A DNA stretch of 17,406 bases from contig JAHQXB010000061.1 of assembly GCA_029856435.1 (NCBI GenBank), positions 1-17,406 on the forward strand, read 5' to 3'. The notes beneath the pieces were generated by a model that saw only the letters and a program-made list of their open reading frames with translations, did no database searches and was not told the origin of the DNA. The position numbers were made by a program, and so were the translations under genes. Origin of the DNA: Candidatus Jordarchaeia archaeon (GTDB lineage Archaea; Asgardarchaeota; Jordiarchaeia; Jordiarchaeales; Jordiarchaeaceae). Positions 8,174-15,570 of the stretch are shown here, in pieces; position 1 is the stretch's first letter, and each line of letters starts with the position of its first letter.

Positions 8174-8230
8174 AAAACTTATTTTAAAATAAATAGTTTT
8201 AAATAGAACTTAGTTCTTTTTAGAACTAAG
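8174..8230. promoter_or_regulatory. Candidate Fur/PerR operator array overlapping the divergent fur/dpsL promoters
   Basis: Two tandem 17-bp units, TAGTTTTAAATAGAACT (8194-8210) and TAGTTCTTTTTAGAACT (8211-8227). Perfect 9-bp inverted repeat CTTAGTTCT-TTTT-AGAACTAAG (8209-8230). Perfect palindrome TTATTTTAAAATAA (8179-8192). Confidence 0.6.
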
Positions 8231-8240
8231 GTGAAATAAA

Positions 8241-8798
8241 TTGGGAAAAGTAGGAAGGGAAGTTGTCGAAAAGGCAGGAATAGACGTCGACAAACTACTA
8301 AACATGCTGGTTAAAGCAGCAGCCGCAGAATTCACCACATACTATTACTACACTCTGCTAAGGGCCCACGCCACAGGAATCGAGGGAGAATCCATAAAGG
8401 AAATAATTGAAGACGCAAGACTGGAGGATAAACTCCACTTCGAAACACTGGTACCCAGAATCCTAGAGCTGGGAGGAGACCTCCCCAGAGACATAAAGGA
8501 ATTCGCCGGTATGGCGGCCTGCAAAGATGCTTATCTGCCAAAGGAAGAAACCATCAAAAACCTATTAAATGTCTTAGTTGAAGCTGAGAGATGCGCCATA
8601 AGAGTCTACACCGAAATATGCAACTACACATTTGGAAAAGACCATAGAACATATGATGTATCACTAGCCATTCTACACGAAGAAATAGAGCATGAAGCCT
8701 GGTTCGAAGAGCTATTAACTGGAAAACCCTCTGGACACTTCAGAAGAAGAATGCCCGGAGAGGGACCATACACCCAAAAATTCAGACATATAGGTTAA
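8241..8798 (+). CDS. dps: DPS-like (DPSL) ferritin-superfamily antioxidant protein
   Basis: [53 protein letters not shown] and SGHFRR; includes the Cys pair typical of DPSL. AAGGTGA RBS before the TTG. Confidence 0.93.
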   Translation: MGKVGREVVEKAGIDVDKLLNMLVKAAAAEFTTYYYYTLLRAHATGIEGESIKEIIEDARLEDKLHFETLVPRILELGGDLPRDIKEFAGMAACKDAYLPKEETIKNLLNVLVEAERCAIRVYTEICNYTFGKDHRTYDVSLAILHEEIEHEAWFEELLTGKPSGHFRRRMPGEGPYTQKFRHIG

Positions 8799-8872
8799 AA
8801 CAGCAGCTTTATATTCTACCCCCCATTTCATTTTTTATACTATTATGGAACCGAACTTGCGTTACTGATAAA

Positions 8873-9664
8873 ATGTATTGGCTATTTGTGTTTTGGTTTT
8901 TTTATGAGCACCAGTTTAGCCAGAATTTAATATTATGGGGCTCCTCGGCAAGTCTTATTGCGGGTCTCGCAACCGGTTTTGGATGCATACCCGTTCTATT
9001 TGTCAGAACAGTTTCTCTAAGGATATTAGACACAATGCTGGGCTTTGCAGCAGGGGTAATGTTGGCTGCTTCATTTTTCAGCCTTATACTGCCTGCTATT
9101 GACAGTGGAGGAATCTGGATGGCCATTGGGGGAATCGGGTGCGGAGTAGTTTTCATCCTAGTTGTGGATCGTCTGGTTCCACATATGCATGGTTTAATAA
9201 AATCTACGGAGTCAACTCCAAAACTTGGGCGGGTGTGGCTGCTCATCCTTGCCATAACCATCCACAACTTTCCGGAAGGGCTTTCGGTGGGCGTGGGTTT
9301 TGGAGCTGGAGACATAAGCGCAGGCCTGGCACTAGCCACAGCAATTGGACTTCAAAACATGCCCGAAGGTTTAGCTGTTGCTCTACCACTACTGCGCGAA
9401 GAGTATAGCAGGTGGAAAGCTGCGGGGTACGCAACAATGTCCGGCCTTGTGGAGCCAGTGGGAGGAGTAACCGGTATCACTATTGTGAGCATAGCACACC
9501 AGTTTTTGCCCTTCGCACTCGCCTTTGCGGCGGGAGCCATGATATGGGTAGTAAGTGACGAGATGATACCAGTGAGCCATTCAAGAGGATTCGAGAGAGA
9601 AGCCACCGTAGGAGTCATCATAGGCTTCTTAGTCATGATGCTTCTGGACAATCTTTTCGCGTAA
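8873..9664 (+). CDS. ZIP family (GufA/ZupT-like) divalent metal transporter
   Basis: LGFAAGVMLAASFFSLI.P, HNFPEGLSVGV, QNMPEGLAVA and FAAGAMIWVVSDEMIP motifs; about 8 hydrophobic segments. TTTATAC about 35 nt upstream supports the start. Confidence 0.92.
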   Translation: MYWLFVFWFFYEHQFSQNLILWGSSASLIAGLATGFGCIPVLFVRTVSLRILDTMLGFAAGVMLAASFFSLILPAIDSGGIWMAIGGIGCGVVFILVVDRLVPHMHGLIKSTESTPKLGRVWLLILAITIHNFPEGLSVGVGFGAGDISAGLALATAIGLQNMPEGLAVALPLLREEYSRWKAAGYATMSGLVEPVGGVTGITIVSIAHQFLPFALAFAAGAMIWVVSDEMIPVSHSRGFEREATVGVIIGFLVMMLLDNLFA

Positions 9665-9963
9665 AGCCACTGCAATTTTTAAGATACCTCAACTAAAGAT
9701 GGTTGATGGAAAAATATAAACAGGAATAGGTTTAGCTCAGAATCTTTTTCGCCTTTCAAACAATTCAAATTCTTTAAAAAAACACCATCTATCCACGGGA
9801 GGTGGGTTCCTACAAATCTTGTAAATGAGCTAGACTGGTAGTTTCCCAAAAACTGATAAACTTTTATTTGTTAGAAAAAGTATGTTGGAATGCTTGAGTA
9901 CCTTTTTGGGGTTGCTTTACTGTTTATAGGCTGACAAGGAATTGGAACCAGATTTTAGTTATT

Positions 9964-10656
9964 TTACTGGACTTTTCTTCCTTTAATCACCATTTCTATG
10001 CTCAGAGCATAAATCCAGATGGTTAGTGTGAGGAGCATGAGCCATTCGGGAATAGCACCGTAGAGTAGGGTGAGGATTCCCAGTGCCCAGCCCGCTGCCC
10101 ATTCGAAGTATCCGATACGCTGCATTGTTTTTGAGAAGAACGATGATGAACGCATAGCCAAACTTAGGATACCGGCTGTTAATGCGATGAGCATCCAGAA
10201 CAATATAGAGAATAGATTATGGTAGAATGATGCCACCTCTGAAAAAACACCTATGCCAATGAGGGAGGCGCACGCAACCCAACCTGTTATCACTCCAATC
10301 TTGGCAGTTCTGGTGTATTCCAAAGGCTTGAGAATCGTCGGAAGGAACGGAAGATACAGTATGCCAGTAATAATTAGACCTACGTTGAACATGAACGAAG
10401 TGGGGCCCACGCCCAGGTCGCTTATAGCCTGGCGAGTCCAGGAGTATCCAAAATTGGGAACGGGAACCCAAGTCCTAAAGATGAATATCTTAACTGAGTA
10501 AGGCATAACCGGAGAGGCACTGACATAAAGGAACACTGCACCCAAAATGCAAACAGCCGCAATAGTTATGCCCAAGAAGGCAACAACACCGCCTACAAAA
10601 GTCAAAGATAACTTTTTCCCTAAACCAGATTTTTTATTCGTCACAGAGATCACCAC
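9964..10656 (-). CDS. DUF998-like multi-pass membrane protein (paralogue 1)
   Basis: About 6 TM segments; AISDLGVGP.SF.FN.G, GIGVFSE...HNLFS, and PEW near the C-terminus. Confidence 0.75.
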   Translation of the reverse strand: MVISVTNKKSGLGKKLSLTFVGGVVAFLGITIAAVCILGAVFLYVSASPVMPYSVKIFIFRTWVPVPNFGYSWTRQAISDLGVGPTSFMFNVGLIITGILYLPFLPTILKPLEYTRTAKIGVITGWVACASLIGIGVFSEVASFYHNLFSILFWMLIALTAGILSLAMRSSSFFSKTMQRIGYFEWAAGWALGILTLLYGAIPEWLMLLTLTIWIYALSIEMVIKGRKVQ

Positions 10657-10764
10657 ACCACGAGAATCTTACTTCTCAAATATTCACTACTAAACCAGTT
10701 ATATTCTTTTCTATGAAAAAGAGGGGTTAGGGAGGAAGTTCAAGTCTTGGGAAAGCTTAGACTA

Positions 10765-11451
10765 TTAGAGACGATTCCCTTTAGCCAACATTTCTATGCT
10801 TAGTGGTAGAGCCCAAATTAATAATAAGAAGAGCAGAACCCATTCTGGAGGAGGCCCGAAAATTAGAATAAGACCAGTGCAAACAAGACCCGCAGGAAAT
10901 ACGAAGTAGCCCAATCTTTGAACAGTTTTTGAAAAGAACGAGGTTGACTCGTTGACATAGCTGAGAAACCCCGCCGCAATAAAAATCGAAATAAAGAACA
11001 TGGAAGCAAACAACACATGGTAAAATCCTGTATTTTCTGGAAAGGCCCCGACACCAGCCAACCCTACCCCCGCAATAATTCCAAACGCGACACCTACCTT
11101 CGCTTTTCCCGTATTTCCCAGTGGCCTAAGCAGGGTGGGAAACATTAGCACAGTGAGGACGCCTGCAACAATCATGCCAGTGTTAAATATGAATGAGGAA
11201 GGCCCCACACCCAAATCACTTATAAAATTGGTAAACACCCCATAACCAAAGTTGGGGACTGGTATCCACAAATTAGGTAACAGTTTAATTCCCAAAAAGT
11301 GAACAGGATAAGGCTTAAGGGGAAAACTGGTGTAAAGTATAACCGACCCAAAAATACTCACTGCAGAAACTATCAACATAGCCAACAGGAGAACGCCGCC
11401 AATAAATGTTAGCGGCAAACCTCTAGGCAAACCCGACTTCTCACTTGCCAT
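10765..11451 (-). CDS. DUF998-like multi-pass membrane protein (paralogue 2)
   Basis: ISDLGVGPSSFIFN.G, GVGAFPE...HVLFAS and PEW; collinear with 9964..10656; GGTGA RBS. Confidence 0.75.
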   Translation of the reverse strand: MASEKSGLPRGLPLTFIGGVLLLAMLIVSAVSIFGSVILYTSFPLKPYPVHFLGIKLLPNLWIPVPNFGYGVFTNFISDLGVGPSSFIFNTGMIVAGVLTVLMFPTLLRPLGNTGKAKVGVAFGIIAGVGLAGVGAFPENTGFYHVLFASMFFISIFIAAGFLSYVNESTSFFSKTVQRLGYFVFPAGLVCTGLILIFGPPPEWVLLFLLLIWALPLSIEMLAKGNRL

Positions 11452-11685
11452 AAGATCACCCTTTTCAAGAAAACCAATGGATAAAATATTTCCTTCCTAA
11501 ACTATTAACCTTTCCTAGGAATAATGCTCCACAAGGGGGAAGGAAACCTATTGTAGAATCTTGAAAGCTCCAAGAAGACTGCAAAAGCTCAAAAAGACGG
11601 GTAGGTGGAAGAATAAATTAAAAAGAGATTGTCAAAAAAATGATTTCAAGGCATGGTTTCAAAAATTTTCGGGGAGACCCTTTTT

Positions 11686-12003
11686 TTAGCCAGTTATGAA
11701 TTCTGCGACTTCTTTGCATCCGTACTTCAGGCATATTTCAGCGGTTTTTTCGGGCTCCACGCTCAATGCTGCTTTGAATAGAGCTCTCAAACCGTTATTG
11801 GTCTCCAGTTTTCCGCGTCTCCACAGGTGCAGGACTCCCTTGGCATACTCGGTGGGCATGGAGTTCTCAGTCTCCAGAACCATACTTATTAGATCTTCTA
11901 CCAATTGTCCTCTAACATCTGGTTTTACTCCGCTTACGAGCTCTGCCAGCTCAAGCGCGGCTATTTTTTCTTTTGCAAACAACATTTTTGCATCTACCTC
12001 CAA
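11686..12003 (-). CDS. Small all-alpha hypothetical protein (99-105 aa)
   Basis: Clean ORF with amphipathic helices and an upstream TATA (TTTATAAG at 12041-12034). GGAGGT lies 10 nt before the in-frame ATG at 11985, which may be the true start. Confidence 0.75.
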   Translation of the reverse strand: MEVDAKMLFAKEKIAALELAELVSGVKPDVRGQLVEDLISMVLETENSMPTEYAKGVLHLWRRGKLETNNGLRALFKAALSVEPEKTAEICLKYGCKEVAEFITG

Positions 12004-12033
12004 CCTTTACTGTATTATTGCCCACTTTTCCTA

Positions 12034-12042
12034 CTTATAAAG
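12034..12042. promoter_or_regulatory. TATA element (minus TTTATAAG; plus TTATAAAG)
   Basis: About 30 nt upstream of the 11686..12003 gene and readable on both strands. Confidence 0.5.
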
Positions 12043-12049
12043 TAAAGGT

Positions 12050-12470
12050 CATGTTTTAGGGTATAAAAATTCAAAAATAGTGAAAAGTAAACCCTTACAA
12101 AATAAAGAATTAGAAGGATACAATAGAAAACACTAATTAAAAACGGATTAAACTCGACCATAAAAAACACAATTTTCAAAAAAACATTCCGAAAAACAAA
12201 AAAATGTGGAAAAAAGGTAATAAAAAACATCACAAACCTCGCATATTAAAACAAAAACCAAAAATATCCCCATAACAAAAAAGAAAAACTAACCATTTTT
12301 CAAGCACAAAAACAAATAAACAGGCCAAAAACCCTCAACCATCCACGCCCACAAGCCCGAATTATAAAAATGTAAGCAGTGGGCACGAACACCCATCTAG
12401 CTCAACTCTTCTAACCAGAAAAAAATAATCAACATACCCAAAAAAATAAGAAAGAGAGACGGAACCGGCT
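12050..12470. repeat. Low-complexity A/C-rich non-coding tract
   Basis: For example 12301-12360 is 51/60 A+C. Runs of AAAAC/AAAAAC with no exact repeat unit and no credible ORF. Confidence 0.6.
12433..12446 (-). terminator. T7-GGGTATG element downstream of amidase B
   Basis: Minus strand TTTTTTTGGGTATG; an identical 14-mer follows amidase A (15493-15506). Confidence 0.45.
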
Positions 12471-12489
12471 TTACCCAAGTTGGGTCTTT

Positions 12490-13905
12490 TTAAATTGGCG
12501 GCTTTTTGTCCCTCCAAGGAAAATTCTTCTCAAAGGCTCGGGAAGCACGAAGCACACCCAACTCGTCGAACCGGTTACCCACAATCTGTAGACCCACAGG
12601 CAGACCTTCCCTAGTATAGCCGCATGGAACAGAGGCCGCAGGTACATAGGTGAAGTTAAAGGGGTAGGTAAACGCTGTCCAACCCGTAGGCCCCACAGGC
12701 TTTCCCGCAATCTCATTGGGTCCCAACCCTACGTCTATCTTGAATGGGGGAACAGCATTTGTTGGAGTCAGAAGAAAATCGTACTTCTCAAAAACCCTTC
12801 TGAGCTGATCCCACAGTTCCTTACGCCGGTACTCAATCTTACAATAGTCCGTGGCCTTTATGTGATCCGCCAGCCAGAGAAAGTCAAGGTATGGCTTATA
12901 ACACACCTTCTTCCATTCTTCCATACGATCTCCCACCGCCGCAACCATATTTGAAATCTCCACACTGACAAAATCCGCCCCCATATCTATGAAATTCAGC
13001 TTTACCTCCTCCACAACGCAGCCCATATCCCTAAAGGAAAAAGCCGCCCTTCTCACAATCTCCTCAACCTCTGGCTCAACTATCGCGTAACCCAAATCAG
13101 GACTGAAAGCAAACTTCTTCCCCTTAATGCCTCTCTCCAGGTTTCCAAGGTAACTCACACCCGGCGGTGGAAGCGAGAGATAGTCCCTACTGTCAGGTCC
13201 CGCCATAACGTCCATCATTAAGGCGGCGTCCTCAACCGTCCGGGTAATGGGGCCTTCCACGGCCAATGTCTCAAATCCAGAGAGCTGAGGCCAACGCGGA
13301 ATACGCCCCAAGTGGGGTTTAAAGCCGAAAATACCGCAAAAACTAGCCGGAGTCCTTAAAGAACCTCCCCAATCATTTCCCACTGCGATGGGACACAAAC
13401 CTGCAGCCACCGCAGCCGCGGAACCCCCACTTGAACCCCCACAAGTCCTAGTTTTATCCCAAGGATTTCTGGTAACTCCAAAAACAGGATTGTCCGTAAT
13501 ACCAATTAACCCGAACTCGGGAAGATTAGTCTTACCCATTATTATAGCACCGGAACTCCTCAGCCTCTCCACGAGAACATAGTCCTCTTTGGGAACATAG
13601 TTCTCGTAAAGCTTTGAACCCCAAGTGGTGCGAACACCCTTAACTGGCATATTATCCTTTACGGCAACCGGAACACCATGCAGGGGGCCCAGCTTCCTGC
13701 GGCTCTTTACCGCCTTCTCTGCGGCTTCAGCTTCCTTTCGGGCATCCTCCTCTGTTAGTGTTACGAAGGCGTTAATTTCTGGATTCACTTTTTCGATTCT
13801 TTTAAAGAAGGCATCAACAACATCAACTGGTGATAATTCGCCATTCTTTATGGCTTTAGAAAGCTCCAAAGCGCCCATCCAAACAATTTCTCCCTCTTTA
13901 ACCAT
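12490..13905 (-). CDS. Amidase-signature (Ser-cisSer-Lys) family amidase, paralogue B
   Basis: GPLHGVPVAVKDN (Lys83), GKTNLPEFG, GGSSGGSAAAVA (Ser158), GNDWGGSLRTPAS (Ser182) and GLPVGLQIVG. Confidence 0.93.
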   Translation of the reverse strand: MVKEGEIVWMGALELSKAIKNGELSPVDVVDAFFKRIEKVNPEINAFVTLTEEDARKEAEAAEKAVKSRRKLGPLHGVPVAVKDNMPVKGVRTTWGSKLYENYVPKEDYVLVERLRSSGAIIMGKTNLPEFGLIGITDNPVFGVTRNPWDKTRTCGGSSGGSAAAVAAGLCPIAVGNDWGGSLRTPASFCGIFGFKPHLGRIPRWPQLSGFETLAVEGPITRTVEDAALMMDVMAGPDSRDYLSLPPPGVSYLGNLERGIKGKKFAFSPDLGYAIVEPEVEEIVRRAAFSFRDMGCVVEEVKLNFIDMGADFVSVEISNMVAAVGDRMEEWKKVCYKPYLDFLWLADHIKATDYCKIEYRRKELWDQLRRVFEKYDFLLTPTNAVPPFKIDVGLGPNEIAGKPVGPTGWTAFTYPFNFTYVPAASVPCGYTREGLPVGLQIVGNRFDELGVLRASRAFEKNFPWRDKKPPI

Positions 13906-13952
13906 GAAACACCACCCGTTTTTTATTGATAGTTTTTATCTCTTAAAATTGT

Positions 13953-15401
13953 TTAGTGTCCTCTTATTTTGCTCGGGTCGACTTTATCTATTTTTTTAAT
14001 GGCTCCAATGAATGCCGCCGCCACTGGATTCAGCTGGTCTACCGCCACCTTATCCAAGGTGTCGCAGGGGTCAAAAAGGTACTCTGGTCCCGAGATGCAG
14101 CTGTAGATGGGATATCCCGCTCTGAAGAAGGCCATGGCGTCCGTGGGCACTCCCAGAGGAGTGGTTCCAGGCAATATTATGAGGCGTTCCAGATTGTACT
14201 TCTCCGCTTCCACAGCCAAATTGTAAACTAGGGTGCTGGTGGCTTCTTCGTTTCCTCCCTTGGTGAAAACTCCTCGGGGCTCGGGCAGGCCGGTGTCCAC
14301 CCATTCTTCCTGTTCTGCGTCGAAGTCTTGGGCAATATGCTCAATGCACACATCTATTACCAGTTTCCGCACTATGTCTGGATTGTTTTCTATGAAGGTG
14401 CTGTCCCCTCTTGCGGGTCCTCCAAAGTGGGTTCCCGTAGATAGAAAAACTAGGGTTTTCTCTCTTTCTGATAAGGGTGTTTTGGCGAAGTGTTCAGCTA
14501 CGGCTAGAACTTCGGCCACTCCGGAAGCGTCTTCCACTGCACTGTTCCAAGGACCATCGTGGTGGGAGTGTACCACTATTGTATCTTTGGTTTGCCCTGG
14601 CAGTACTGCGACAATGTTGTGGGTGGTGGCTGGCTCCACTTCTCCAGTCAAGATTAAGTTCGCCTTAAGGCTGCCTTTCACATCCTGTATTTTTTTCACT
14701 AGTTCCTCTCCGTCTCTTCTTCCAATCCATAGTCCGGGTATCCAACCGGGTATCTTTCCCGGGAGCCCTAGGCGGTTGAGGTACCAGTCTGGCATTTCTT
14801 GGTTTAGGGGTCCAAAATAGGGAATGTATATTCGATTTTCGTTGGTGGGATAGTCTGCTAGAATACCCACTATTCCCGCTGCCTTTTGTTTGCATGCGTG
14901 CCAGTAGGCTATCCACCAGTTGGGGTAAATCCAGGCTGTGGGGTGGGCAAAGTTTTTGAGTGTTTCTTTTGGGTCCCAGACAAAGAACGCCATTTTCTCT
15001 AGGAGACTTGCCGGAAGCAGTGGAAAGCGTACATTCATCAAAACAATTTTTCCCTCAACATTCTTACCTTCGAAATCCTTGGCGGTTCCATCTCCCAGGT
15101 AAACCATTTCCCCCTCTACGCCGTTCTCATCTGTGAAGCCGGTGTTCGGTGTGTGAAAGCAGGGTATTTCGTTTTCGCCCACGGTGAGCCTCCAGTCTCG
15201 GGCTTCCCATTTTAATATCCGGTAGGGCTGCTTTTCTATATCGCTTAATCCAAAATCCTCAAACTTCTTCGCAATATATTCTTCAGCCTTGGAGTCCGCC
15301 AAGGTTCCGGGTCTCCGATAGCCGAAGGAAGCTACTTTCTCTATCCAACCCAAAATTTCCTCATTGGAAACCACGTCGGATGCTAAATTCAAAATGTTCA
15401 C
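13953..15401 (-). CDS. M28-like peptidase-fold protein with PA domain and non-canonical metal site
   Basis: PA domain (EGEMVYLGDG...DF.GKNV.GKIVL) and M28 core (THNIVAVLPG....IVVHSHHDG, EDASGVAEVLAVAE). No signal peptide. The probable start is TTG 15392, after GAGGTGA. Confidence 0.8.
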   Translation of the reverse strand: MNILNLASDVVSNEEILGWIEKVASFGYRRPGTLADSKAEEYIAKKFEDFGLSDIEKQPYRILKWEARDWRLTVGENEIPCFHTPNTGFTDENGVEGEMVYLGDGTAKDFEGKNVEGKIVLMNVRFPLLPASLLEKMAFFVWDPKETLKNFAHPTAWIYPNWWIAYWHACKQKAAGIVGILADYPTNENRIYIPYFGPLNQEMPDWYLNRLGLPGKIPGWIPGLWIGRRDGEELVKKIQDVKGSLKANLILTGEVEPATTHNIVAVLPGQTKDTIVVHSHHDGPWNSAVEDASGVAEVLAVAEHFAKTPLSEREKTLVFLSTGTHFGGPARGDSTFIENNPDIVRKLVIDVCIEHIAQDFDAEQEEWVDTGLPEPRGVFTKGGNEEATSTLVYNLAVEAEKYNLERLIILPGTTPLGVPTDAMAFFRAGYPIYSCISGPEYLFDPCDTLDKVAVDQLNPVAAAFIGAIKKIDKVDPSKIRGH

Positions 15402-15492
15402 CTCTCTCCAACAAGTATTAGTATCCTCTCATCACAACTACAAAATAAGCTTTTGCAAAACAAACCAAATTTAGCGCCAAAAAGCGACAAAC

Positions 15493-15506
15493 CATACCCA
15501 AAAAAA
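15493..15506 (-). terminator. T7-GGGTATG element downstream of amidase A
   Basis: Identical to 12433-12446 and preceded on the minus strand by a pyrimidine tract. Confidence 0.45.
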
Positions 15507-15570
15507 GGGAGAGAAAAGAAGAAGGGGAAATGTTGGATGGGTTTGAATCAACTTTTTGCTTCTTTGTACC

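Noticed and set aside
8205-8227. GAA/TTC repeats as a eukaryote-type heat-shock element
   Set aside because: The spacing does not fit nGAAnnTTCn; better explained as an operator of the adjacent regulator.
5531-10501. Numerous short overlapping ORFs inside lplA, the amidohydrolase, fur, dpsL, ZIP and DUF998 genes
   Set aside because: Antisense or out-of-frame shadows of stronger genes.
12015-12233. Phe-rich 72-aa minus ORF
   Set aside because: By-product of the T-rich low-complexity strand.
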